DNA of 57,393 nucleotides, from NCBI GenBank assembly GCA_017431485.1, contig JAFRKZ010000087.1, positions 1-57,393 of the forward strand, written 5' to 3'. Source of the DNA: Parasporobacterium sp. Its GTDB lineage: Bacteria > Bacillota > Clostridia > Lachnospirales > Lachnospiraceae. Shown here piece after piece: positions 44,644 to 53,592 of this stretch. The notes below the pieces were generated by a model, which was given only the letters and a program-made list of their open reading frames with translations, was not told the origin of the DNA and did not search any database. The position numbers and the translations under genes are program-made. Positions within the stretch are counted from its first letter, which is position 1; the number at the start of each line of letters is the position of its first letter.

Positions 44644-45867
44644 TTATAGTCCATCTGTGATATTTGGATCGATCTTAAATCCATCGAAATCATCGAGAGG
44701 ATGAAATTCTTCCTCCGGCGGGGTTTTCTGTGAAGCAGGGGTTGATCCTTCAGAGTCAGAAGAAGCTGAACTTTCTTCGGAACCGGCCCCGGAGATCACT
44801 GCTTCGATGTCGGCAAAGTCGATCATCTCCACCTTCGGATGGGCATCCTTGTCGATATATTCTTCCAGGTTCAGTTTTTCATCCCGGACCATTGGTCTGT
44901 CGATCTCCGGATCCACAAAATCCTCCAGGACAATGTGTTTCGGAGTGGCGGCGGCTTTTTCCGGAACGTCCGGGATCGCTGCCAGGCAGGATTCAACCTG
45001 TTCAAGGAGATCCTGCCAGATCTTTTCCCTGCAGAAATCCTGAAACAGTTCATGGCGCTGTCCCGGATAAATGATGTATCCCACATCTGTATATCCATTA
45101 TCAGAAAAGAGGTGGACTGTCTTCAGAACACCGTTTTTGCCTGCAGCACAGGAATCTTCTTCTCCCCAGAACAGACGGATGGGAAGCCCAGTGTGTTTTT
45201 TGATCCAGCTTCCTTTTGTATAGGTGCGGTTCATGAGATCCAGGATGGTCTTGAAACCGTTTATGGTATAGATATATCCGCATTTCGGGTTGATCTCATA
45301 TTTCAGGACACTGTCCCGGTCAGAAGACAGCCAGGCGAATTCGGATCCTTCCCTGGCAAATGGCCTGTAGTAAGATCCCATGATCAGATAATTGAGCAGG
45401 GAAGAACGATGATATTCCCCGCGCATAGCCATCAGCACCATCGTCAGCAGGTCAGCAGCAGGACGAAGCGGTTTGTCCGCCGGCATGCCGCAGAGAAACA
45501 GTCCGTCAATATAGTTGTCGTATTTTTTGATATAGACCGTGGCAAGAAGCGCTCCGATCCCATGTCCGAACAAAAAGCAGGGAATATGGGGAAAATGATC
45601 TTTGATATATTGCGTGATATCGTGAACGTCGCCAACCAGTCTGGAAACAGCGTTATCCCCGAAAAAACCAAGTTCTGTTTCCCGGGCAGTATTGATCCCG
45701 TGGCCTCTCAGGTCGCTGGTAACGACTGCGAAACCATGTTCCGCAAGGAAATGAGCAAATTCACGGTATCTTCCCTGATATTCGGCCATCCCGTGAAGGA
45801 TATGAAAGACTGCCCTGACTTCGCCGTCAGGCATATAAATGATCGCGTTTTTCGTTAATTCAGACAT
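44644..45867 (-). CDS. alpha/beta-hydrolase-fold protein (lysophospholipase/MGL-like) with Gly at the nucleophile position and an acidic C-terminal extension
   Basis: HGMAEYQGRY..SDLRGHG entry motifs of the Hydrolase_4 type. The elbow reads GHGIG instead of GHSxG. About 120 aa of acidic tail. Confidence 0.75.
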   Translation of the reverse strand: MSELTKNAIIYMPDGEVRAVFHILHGMAEYQGRYREFAHFLAEHGFAVVTSDLRGHGINTARETELGFFGDNAVSRLVGDVHDITQYIKDHFPHIPCFLFGHGIGALLATVYIKKYDNYIDGLFLCGMPADKPLRPAADLLTMVLMAMRGEYHRSSLLNYLIMGSYYRPFAREGSEFAWLSSDRDSVLKYEINPKCGYIYTINGFKTILDLMNRTYTKGSWIKKHTGLPIRLFWGEEDSCAAGKNGVLKTVHLFSDNGYTDVGYIIYPGQRHELFQDFCREKIWQDLLEQVESCLAAIPDVPEKAAATPKHIVLEDFVDPEIDRPMVRDEKLNLEEYIDKDAHPKVEMIDFADIEAVISGAGSEESSASSDSEGSTPASQKTPPEEEFHPLDDFDGFKIDPNITDGL

Positions 45868-45900
45868 AGTCTAATCCTAATAAGTATAAAGTAATATAAG

Positions 45901-46731
45901 TCAGTTCAGGCTTTCCAGGATCTCCTGCGGGATCATCAGATTTCCTCTTCCGGTACCGATATCGATCCCCGGTTTTAACATCCCGTGAAAATCCGATCCT
46001 CCGGTTATGAACATGTGGAGCTCTTGTGCCATAGAGCGGAACTTCTGCTCATCTTCTGCAGTATTGGTGGGATAGATCGCTTCAATACCCCGGATCCCCA
46101 TTGTCTTTAACATCGTAAAAAGCTGAAGATATCCCTGATCGGTCAGTTTGTACTGGACCGGATGGGCAAGTACAGCAATGCCTCCCGCCTGTTGAATGAT
46201 CCTGACGGCATCTGCGGTGCTGACTCTGCGCATAGGGATAAAGCAGGGCCGGTTCTTGGCCAGAAAACGGTCGAAGGCATCACGGATCGATCCCGCATAC
46301 CCTCCGGCAACCAGAAATGCCGCAATATGTTCCCTGGTGATCATTCTGCATCCGGCTGCGGCGCGGACAGCCTCGTAATCGATGTCCACATCGTAGGCAC
46401 GGAGTTGGGAGCAGATCCTGATGTTCCTTTCTTCCCGGAACTGAGCGATCGAATGCAGGATATCCTGGAAACGAAGGTCTGTATAATCCACATGATACCC
46501 GAGTATATGAAGCTCTTTGCCGGCCAGTTCGGAGGAAATCTCCACTCCCGGAATGATCCTGACCGGAAAAGAATGTGACGCCAGCAAGGCACTGGGGATC
46601 CCGGCAACACTGTCGTGGTCGGTCAGCGAGAAAGCATACAGCCCTTTTTCGCATGCCATGCGGACAAGATCAGAAGGAGAGTAAGATCCGTCGGAAATAT
46701 TGGAATGTACATGAAGGTCAATAAATCCCAT
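45901..46731 (-). CDS. PHP-domain phosphoesterase (TrpH/YciV-like)
   Basis: The N-terminal IDLHVHSNISDGS motif and further His clusters are typical of PHP. Confidence 0.85.
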   Translation of the reverse strand: MGFIDLHVHSNISDGSYSPSDLVRMACEKGLYAFSLTDHDSVAGIPSALLASHSFPVRIIPGVEISSELAGKELHILGYHVDYTDLRFQDILHSIAQFREERNIRICSQLRAYDVDIDYEAVRAAAGCRMITREHIAAFLVAGGYAGSIRDAFDRFLAKNRPCFIPMRRVSTADAVRIIQQAGGIAVLAHPVQYKLTDQGYLQLFTMLKTMGIRGIEAIYPTNTAEDEQKFRSMAQELHMFITGGSDFHGMLKPGIDIGTGRGNLMIPQEILESLN

Positions 46732-46733
46732 GA

Positions 46734-48368
46734 TCAGTCCTCATCCTCAGACACATTCACCGTATAAACAGAACGTTTTCTTGCCGAAATATCTGCAGCA
46801 AGATATTCATCATAGGTCGTGATCTTATCAATGAGCTTTCCGTCCACGATCTCCATGATGCGGTTGGCAGTTGTCTGCACAAACTGATGGTCGCGGCAGG
46901 CAAACAGCACGACGCCCGGATATTTGATCAGGCCGTTGTTAAGGGCTGTGATGGATTCCATATCCAGATGGTTTGTAGGCTCATCAAAGATCAGCACGTT
47001 GGCTCCGGAGATCATCATTTTGGAAAGAAGACACCGGACTTTTTCTCCTCCCGATAAGACACGGAGTTTTTTTACGCCGTCATCGCCGGCAAAAAGCATA
47101 CGTCCAAGGAATCCCCTGACATAGGTGGCGTCTTTGATAGCAGAATAGCCGGTCAGCCAGTCGGCTATGGTCAGGTCTGAATCAAATTCTTTGGAATAGT
47201 CTCTTGGGAAATAAGCTCTGGAGGTTGTGACGCCCCATTTGAAGGTGCCGGAATCCGGCTTCATTTCATCCATCAGGATCTGGAACAAAGTGGTCTTGGC
47301 CAGCTCATTGGAACCGACAAAAGCGACCTTGTCATCATGCCCGAGGGTGAAGGTAATGTTATCCAGCACTTTCACGCCGTCGATCGTCTTGGTAAGACCT
47401 TCCACCTGCAAAACTTCATTGCCGATGGTGCGGTCCGGGCGGAAATCAATAAACGGGTATTTGCGGCTGGAGGGACGGATCTCATCCAGTTCGATCTTTT
47501 CCAACGCACGTTTCCTGGAAGTTGCCTGCTTTGCTTTGGAGGCATTGGCAGAGAACTTCTGGATGAATTCCTGGAGTTCCTTGATCTTTTCCTCTTTCTT
47601 TTTGTTGGCTTCCTTCATCTGCTTGATGATCAGGGCAGAGGATTCCACCCAGAAATCATAGTTTCCGGCATACAGCTGGATCTTGGCGTAATCGATATCC
47701 GCGATCTGTGTGCAGACTTTATTCAGGAAGTACCTGTCATGGGAGACGACGATAACGGTATTGTCAAAATTGATCAGGAATTCTTCCAGCCATGCGATGG
47801 CGTCCAGATCCAGGTGGTTGGTGGGCTCGTCGAGAAGAAGGATATCGGGATTGCCGAACAGGGCTCTCGCAAGAAGGACCTTGACCTTTAAAGGCCCCGG
47901 CAGGTCTTTCATAAGGGTGTAATGGAATTCCGTTTCCACACCGAGACCGTTCAGCAAAGTGGCGGCGTTGCTTTCTGCCTCCCAGCCGTCCATTTCAGCA
48001 AATTCAGATTCCAGTTCACTGGCCCGTATCCCGTCTTCCTCGGTAAAATCTTCTTTTGCATAGATGGCTTCTTTTTCCTTCATGATCTCATAAAGACGGG
48101 CATTTCCCTGGATCACGGTATCCATAGCCGTAAGATCATCGTATTTGAAATGATCCTGCTCCAGGAAAGACAGACGCTGTCCTTTGGTGATCGTCACATC
48201 GCCTTTGGAAGGCTCGAGCTGCCCGGTCAGGATCTTAAGAAACGTGGATTTGCCGGCCCCGTTGGCGCCGATGAGACCATAGCATTCTCCTTCTACAAAT
48301 TTGATATTTACATCCTCAAACAGAGCTTTTTTGCCGAATCGGAGGGTAACATTATTGACACTGATCAT
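46734..48368 (-). CDS. ABC-F family ATPase (YbiT-like translation factor type)
   Basis: Two ABC cassettes (GANGAGKST; LSGGEK) joined by a charged linker, with no TM domain. Start set at ATG 48368 (AAGGAGA RBS). Confidence 0.88.
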   Translation of the reverse strand: MISVNNVTLRFGKKALFEDVNIKFVEGECYGLIGANGAGKSTFLKILTGQLEPSKGDVTITKGQRLSFLEQDHFKYDDLTAMDTVIQGNARLYEIMKEKEAIYAKEDFTEEDGIRASELESEFAEMDGWEAESNAATLLNGLGVETEFHYTLMKDLPGPLKVKVLLARALFGNPDILLLDEPTNHLDLDAIAWLEEFLINFDNTVIVVSHDRYFLNKVCTQIADIDYAKIQLYAGNYDFWVESSALIIKQMKEANKKKEEKIKELQEFIQKFSANASKAKQATSRKRALEKIELDEIRPSSRKYPFIDFRPDRTIGNEVLQVEGLTKTIDGVKVLDNITFTLGHDDKVAFVGSNELAKTTLFQILMDEMKPDSGTFKWGVTTSRAYFPRDYSKEFDSDLTIADWLTGYSAIKDATYVRGFLGRMLFAGDDGVKKLRVLSGGEKVRCLLSKMMISGANVLIFDEPTNHLDMESITALNNGLIKYPGVVLFACRDHQFVQTTANRIMEIVDGKLIDKITTYDEYLAADISARKRSVYTVNVSEDED

Positions 48369-48421
48369 ATATGAGTTCTCCTTTTGAACGGATTGATGAT
48401 AATAGTAACTGTAACTGAATA

Positions 48422-48450
48422 ATACTAACATTTTACAAAATGTTAGTCAA
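48422..48450 (-). promoter_or_regulatory. promoter TTGACT-17-TAGTAT of the ABC-F operon, with a perfect palindrome filling the spacer
   Basis: The minus strand reads TTGACT aacattttgtaaaatgt TAGTAT. CTAACATTTT-gt-AAAATGTTAG (minus-strand reading; plus strand has ac at the centre) is a 10-2-10 inverted repeat at 48425-48446. Confidence 0.55.
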
Positions 48451-48551
48451 AAAAATAGAGTTAGAAAATTCTCCGGATTTCCGCAGTTTTTTAAGCATTC
48501 TGACGAATCCTGACAGAGCGGAAAGTATGTTAAATAATCTACAAAAAGGAT

Positions 48552-48579
48552 TTGACTATCTTATAAGATAATCTATAAT
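48552..48579 (+). promoter_or_regulatory. promoter TTGACT-16-TATAAT for rex-alr
   Basis: The -10 ends 7 nt before ATG 48587 and there is no SD between them, so the mRNA may be leaderless. Confidence 0.5.
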
Positions 48580-48586
48580 AATTAAC

Positions 48587-49216
48587 ATGAACAACAAGAT
48601 TTCCAAGGCAGTGATTTCCAGATTGCCAAGGTATTACAGGTACCTGAAAGAATTAATCGACCAGGGGGCAGAAAGGATCTCCTCTGAAGAACTTAGCCGT
48701 CTCATGAAGGCTACTGCATCTCAGATCAGACAGGACCTGAACCACTTTGGCGGATTTGGGCAGCAGGGATATGGCTATAATGTAAAAAGCCTGTATAAAG
48801 AGATCGGGAAGATACTGGGCGTGGAGGAGGATCATCATATCATTGTTCTCGGCGCCGGAAATCTGGGCCGTGCTCTTGTAAAATACAACGGCTTTTCTGA
48901 ACATGGGTTTGTTTTCTGCAGCCTGTTCGATGTGGACGAATCCTTATGCGGAAAAAGCGTTAACGGGGTGCGTATCCGCGCGATCTCAGAAGCGGAAGAG
49001 TATGTAAAGACCCATAATATTGATATCGCAGCACTGACGATCCCGGTGGAAAGAGCAAGGGAAATGTCTGTTCTTCTGTATCGTGCAGGGATCCGCTATT
49101 TCTGGAACTTTACCAATATCGATCTTCAGCTTCCGGAGGACGCGATCGTCAAGGATGTGCATCTTCTGGATTCTCTTCTGGAACTGTCATACCGGATATG
49201 CAATGAGAAAAAATAA
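48587..49216 (+). CDS. rex: redox-sensing transcriptional repressor Rex
   Basis: ISRLPRYYRYL winged-helix N-terminus and the Rossmann motif VLGAGNLGRAL. Confidence 0.93.
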   Translation: MNNKISKAVISRLPRYYRYLKELIDQGAERISSEELSRLMKATASQIRQDLNHFGGFGQQGYGYNVKSLYKEIGKILGVEEDHHIIVLGAGNLGRALVKYNGFSEHGFVFCSLFDVDESLCGKSVNGVRIRAISEAEEYVKTHNIDIAALTIPVERAREMSVLLYRAGIRYFWNFTNIDLQLPEDAIVKDVHLLDSLLELSYRICNEKK

Positions 49217-49231
49217 CAGGGGTTTAGGAGT

Positions 49232-50395
49232 ATGCCTGAAAAATATCAGTATTACAGATTGTGGGCGGATGTGGATCTGAATGCCATCCGCTCTAATATT
49301 TTGAAAGTACAGAAAAATCTCTCGGAACATGTCAGGACCTGCGCTGTCGTCAAAGCAGACGGATACGGGCACGGGGCCGTACAGGTCGCGGAAGCAGTAT
49401 CGGATCTGGTGGATTTTTATGCTGTGGCGACGATCGAGGAAGGACTGGAGCTGAGGGAACATCAGATCTGGAAGCCTGTTCTCGTCCTGGGATATGTCCA
49501 TCCTTCCATGTATGAGTCAGCCATTATGAACGGGATCCGCCTGACGGTCTATGATCTTTCGATCGCCAAAGGTCTGTCGGCTGCTCATGAACGGCTTATT
49601 TCCCAGGCAGGAAGCGAGCAGGTGAAGGATGCGCCAATCCATATCAAAGTGGATACCGGCATGAGCAGGATCGGCTTTTTCCCGTCCAGGGAATCTGTAC
49701 AGGTCCTGAAAGAGATCGCCTCCCTGCCCGGGATCCGGATGGAAGGGATCTTTACGCATTTTGCCAATGCAGATGACGAAACGACGGAACGGGCACTTGA
49801 TCAGCTGGATGTGTTCAGACGGTTCCTGTCTGAACTGGAGGCGGAGGGACTTCATTTCCCGGTCAGACACTGTGCGAACAGCGCTGCCGCAACCTGTCTT
49901 CAGGAGGCGCAGCTGGACATGGTGCGGCTTGGGATCTCCATGTACGGTCTTTATCCTTCCTGCTATGTCAGGCAGATCCCGCTGGAGCCTGCGATGTCCC
50001 TCAGAAGCCATGTGATCATGGTGAAAAAGATCCCGGCAGGAACTCCTGTCGGATACGGGAGCACCTGGACGGCTCCGGAAGAAAGCGTGATCGCGACCAT
50101 ACCGACCGGCTATGCGGACGGTTATAACAGAGGCTTGTCCAATAAAGGCTATGTACTGATAGGAGGAGCCAAATATCCTGTCGTCGGAAGAGTCTGCATG
50201 GACCAGATGATGGTTGATGTGACGAACCCCCTGGAAGGAAAGGGCGGGGAAGTCCGCGAAGGCGATGAGGTCATCCTGGTGGGACGATCCGGGGATCTGT
50301 ACATCACAGCGGAGGAGATCTCTGAACTTGCAGGCTCCTTTAATTATGAGTTTGTCTGCGGTATTTCGAAGCGGGTACCGCGTATCTATCACTGA
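49232..50395 (+). CDS. alr: alanine racemase
   Basis: 387 aa. PLP-Lys context AVVKADGYGHG and the C-terminal catalytic Tyr region. It starts 15 nt after rex. Confidence 0.92.
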   Translation: MPEKYQYYRLWADVDLNAIRSNILKVQKNLSEHVRTCAVVKADGYGHGAVQVAEAVSDLVDFYAVATIEEGLELREHQIWKPVLVLGYVHPSMYESAIMNGIRLTVYDLSIAKGLSAAHERLISQAGSEQVKDAPIHIKVDTGMSRIGFFPSRESVQVLKEIASLPGIRMEGIFTHFANADDETTERALDQLDVFRRFLSELEAEGLHFPVRHCANSAAATCLQEAQLDMVRLGISMYGLYPSCYVRQIPLEPAMSLRSHVIMVKKIPAGTPVGYGSTWTAPEESVIATIPTGYADGYNRGLSNKGYVLIGGAKYPVVGRVCMDQMMVDVTNPLEGKGGEVREGDEVILVGRSGDLYITAEEISELAGSFNYEFVCGISKRVPRIYH

Positions 50396-50451
50396 TCTTT
50401 TTCATTGCGTAATAGTTACGGATTTGGTAAAATGAATCAGGGTCTGCATTT

Positions 50452-51345
50452 ATGCAGACTACTACTGCTGAAAAAAGGAGATACATATTTTATATGGAAG
50501 ATGGCAGTCGATCGGGTATTTTTTCAAGACTGTTCCGATCTAAGAAGGGCACCCAGGTAGAGGAAGAAATTGTATCCATGCTGGAAGAAAGCCAGGATCA
50601 GGGACTGATCAAGGAAAGCGAAGCCGAGATGATCAGTAACATATTTGACCTGGATGAAACTTCCGCGTCGGAGATCATGACCCACAGAAAGAATATCCGT
50701 GCCGTGGAAAGCACCTGGACGCTGCAGGAAACGATGGATTTCATTACCAAAGAGCAGTATTCCAGATTCCCGGTTTGTCATGAAAACATCGATAATATTA
50801 TCGGTATCCTGCATATCAAAGATGCGATCACCTATTATATGGATCCTGCCAACCGGGACAAACAGATCCTAGAGATCGACGGGATCATGCAGAAGGCTTA
50901 TTTTATTCCCGAAACGTCCAAGATCGATTCTGTTTTCAAGAATATGCAGTCCAGCAAGACGCATATGGAGATCGTGGTGGATGAATATGGACAGACGTCC
51001 GGACTGATCGCCATGGAAGATATCCTGGAAGAGATCGTGGGAAATATCTTTGATGAGCACGATAAAGTGGAATACAATATCTTCAAGGTTTCAGATACGG
51101 TATACAATGTCAGGGGCCTTACGCCTCTTTCCGAGATCGAAGAGGAACTGGGGATCGTCTACGACGATGAAGAAAATGACACTCTTAACGGGTTCCTTGT
51201 TTCAAAACTGGACAGGATCCCGGAAAATGACGAAGGCACGGAAGTGCTCGATGACAATGTAAAATACAAGATCCTGTCTGTGAAGGATAAGACAATCGAT
51301 CTGGTAAGGATCGAACTTCCCGGACGGACAGAACAAAATGATTGA
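50452..51345 (+). CDS. CorC/HlyC-type CBS-pair domain protein (no DUF21 membrane domain)
   Basis: CBS pair ([11 protein letters not shown]..) plus a CorC_HlyC C-terminal domain. The start is uncertain: ATG 50452 sits inside a hairpin, and ATG 50494 is the alternative. Confidence 0.8.
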   Translation: MQTTTAEKRRYIFYMEDGSRSGIFSRLFRSKKGTQVEEEIVSMLEESQDQGLIKESEAEMISNIFDLDETSASEIMTHRKNIRAVESTWTLQETMDFITKEQYSRFPVCHENIDNIIGILHIKDAITYYMDPANRDKQILEIDGIMQKAYFIPETSKIDSVFKNMQSSKTHMEIVVDEYGQTSGLIAMEDILEEIVGNIFDEHDKVEYNIFKVSDTVYNVRGLTPLSEIEEELGIVYDDEENDTLNGFLVSKLDRIPENDEGTEVLDDNVKYKILSVKDKTIDLVRIELPGRTEQND

Positions 51346-51356
51346 AAGAGGTATCT

Positions 51357-52085
51357 ATGTCAGGACATTCAAAATTTGCCAACATTAAGCACAAAAAGGA
51401 AAAAAACGATGCGGCAAAGGGTAAGATGTTTACCATCATCGGTAAGGAGATCGCTATTGCCGTCAAGGAAGGAGGACCGGATCCCTCCAACAATTCCAAA
51501 CTTCGTGACGTGATCGCAAAAGCCAAAGCAAACAATATGCCCAATGACACCATTGAAAGAGGCATTAAGAAAGCAGCCGGCGCAGAAGGCTCCGTTAACT
51601 ATGAGCAGATCACCTATGAAGGATACGGCCCCAGCGGCATCGCCATTATCGTAGAAACGCTGACGGATAACAAGAACCGTACCGCAGCCAATGTAAAGCA
51701 CGCTTTTTCCAAGGGCGGTGGCAATGTGGGAACGCCGGGATGTGTTTCCTATATGTTCGACAAGAAAGGTGAGATCGTCATTGATAAGGAAGAGGTGGAA
51801 ATGGATGCCGATTCCCTGATGATGCTTGCCCTTGATGCGGGAGCGGAAGATTTCGAGGACGAGGAGGATGCTTACACGGTCTACACCTCTCCCGATGATT
51901 TCAGTATGGTAAGGGAAGCGCTGGAAAAGGAAAATATCCCGATGGTTTCCGCTAATATTTCCATGATCCCGCAGAACTATGTCGCCCTTACAGATGAGGA
52001 TTCCGTCAAGGAGCTGAACCGGATCCTGGATATGCTGGACGACGACGATGACGTTCAGGAAGTCTTCCATAACTGGGACGAGTAA
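51357..52085 (+). CDS. yebC: YebC/PmpR-family transcriptional regulator
   Basis: [15 protein letters not shown]-terminus. Start set at ATG 51357. Confidence 0.92.
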   Translation: MSGHSKFANIKHKKEKNDAAKGKMFTIIGKEIAIAVKEGGPDPSNNSKLRDVIAKAKANNMPNDTIERGIKKAAGAEGSVNYEQITYEGYGPSGIAIIVETLTDNKNRTAANVKHAFSKGGGNVGTPGCVSYMFDKKGEIVIDKEEVEMDADSLMMLALDAGAEDFEDEEDAYTVYTSPDDFSMVREALEKENIPMVSANISMIPQNYVALTDEDSVKELNRILDMLDDDDDVQEVFHNWDE

Positions 52086-52106
52086 TCAAAGGTCTGAAAA
52101 CCTTCA

Positions 52107-52147
52107 GCGGGTCCGATGTCTTCTGGGATCGGACCCGTATGTTATTT
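52107..52147 (+). terminator. rho-independent terminator
   Basis: 10-bp stem CGGGTCCGAT/ATCGGACCCG followed by TATGTTATTTT. Confidence 0.7.
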
Positions 52148-52170
52148 TCCGGAAAGCATGAGCAAACCGA

Positions 52171-53592
52171 ATGCAGATTATTAAGCGGATCACTCCGGGC
52201 TCCATAGCCGAAGAACTGAATATCGAACCCGGGTCAAAGCTCCTTCGGATCAACGGGGAAGAAGTGGAGGATATCTTTGATTACCGGTTTCTGATCGATG
52301 AGGAATATATCGAACTGGAGATCGAGAACCCTGACGGCGAAGTGGATCTGTATCCGATCGAGAAGGACGAGGATGAAGAGATGGGACTGGAGTTTGCCAG
52401 CTCCCTGATGGATGATTATCGAAGCTGTTCCAATAAGTGTCTGTTCTGCTTTATCGATCAGATGCCGAAAGGGATGAGAAAAACCCTGTATTTTAAGGAT
52501 GATGATTCCCGGCTGTCATTTCTGCAGGGAAACTATATCACCCTGACCAATATGAAGGAACATGATATTGACCGTATCATCCGCTATCGTATGTCCCCGA
52601 TCAATATCTCCGTACATACCACAAATCCGGAACTGAGGTGCCGGATGCTGCGGAACCGGTTTGCCGGAGATGTCCTTGCGTATATGGACAGATTGTTTGA
52701 AGCCGGGATACGGATGAACGGGCAGATCGTTCTGTGCAAAGGGATCAACGACGGAGCAGAGCTGGAAAAGACGATCCGTGATCTTGGAAAATATGCTCCC
52801 GTGATGGAAAGCGTTTCCGTTGTTCCGGTGGGCCTGACAAAATACCGGGAAGGGCTTTACCCGCTGGAACCAATTGAAAAAGAAGATGCCAAAGCAGTGA
52901 TCCGTACGGTCGAGACGTATCAGCGGAAGTTTTATGAACAACTGGGACTGCATTTTATCCATGCCAGCGATGAATTCTATCTGCTGGCTGAAAGGGAAGT
53001 GCCGGAAGAAGAACGCTATGACGGCTATCTGCAGCTGGAAAACGGCGTGGGAATGTTAAGGCTCCTGAAAGAAGAGTTTCATAATGCCTTACAGGAGCGG
53101 GCAGCAGATGCAAAAGAAAACCGTCAGATACATCCCGCTTTAGACGTTAAGAGCAGAAAAGTCAGTATCGCGACAGGAAAACTGGCTTATGATACGATCC
53201 GGGAACTGATCTTTCGGGCGAAGAAAGTCTGGGACGAAGAGGATCTTCCCGGGAACTGGCCGGAAGTTACGTGCTATGCCATTTCCAATCGCTTCTTCGG
53301 GGAAAGGATCACCGTATCCGGTCTGGTATGCGGCTGCGATATCATCAGCCAGCTGAAAGGAAAAGATCTGGGAGAGGAACTTCTTCTCCCGATCAATATG
53401 ATGCGGGCAGGGGAGCAGTATTTTCTGGATGATGTAACCATTTCCCAGCTGCAGAAAGAGCTGGGGATCAAAGTAACGACAGTCCCTTCCGACGGAGAGT
53501 CCCTGCTGCGGGCAATCCTGGGAGAGGAGCTGATAACAGGAGGAAGACAGTTATATGAGCAAGCCGATCGTGGCGATAGTCGGACGTCCTAA
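52171..53592 (+). CDS. DUF512-domain (radical-SAM-like) protein with N-terminal PDZ-like domain
   Basis: Cys cluster CSNKCLFCF followed by YFKDDDSRLSFLQGNYITLTN. It overlaps der by 38 nt. Confidence 0.8.
   Translation: MQIIKRITPGSIAEELNIEPGSKLLRINGEEVEDIFDYRFLIDEEYIELEIENPDGEVDLYPIEKDEDEEMGLEFASSLMDDYRSCSNKCLFCFIDQMPKGMRKTLYFKDDDSRLSFLQGNYITLTNMKEHDIDRIIRYRMSPINISVHTTNPELRCRMLRNRFAGDVLAYMDRLFEAGIRMNGQIVLCKGINDGAELEKTIRDLGKYAPVMESVSVVPVGLTKYREGLYPLEPIEKEDAKAVIRTVETYQRKFYEQLGLHFIHASDEFYLLAEREVPEEERYDGYLQLENGVGMLRLLKEEFHNALQERAADAKENRQIHPALDVKSRKVSIATGKLAYDTIRELIFRAKKVWDEEDLPGNWPEVTCYAISNRFFGERITVSGLVCGCDIISQLKGKDLGEELLLPINMMRAGEQYFLDDVTISQLQKELGIKVTTVPSDGESLLRAILGEELITGGRQLYEQADRGDSRTS

Noticed and set aside
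48425-48446. Rex operator in the rex / ABC-F divergent region
   Set aside because: The half-sites (CTAACATTTT) do not match the TTGTGAA/TTGTTAA..TTCACAA/TTAACAA Rex boxes I recall. The palindrome is kept only as an unassigned operator.
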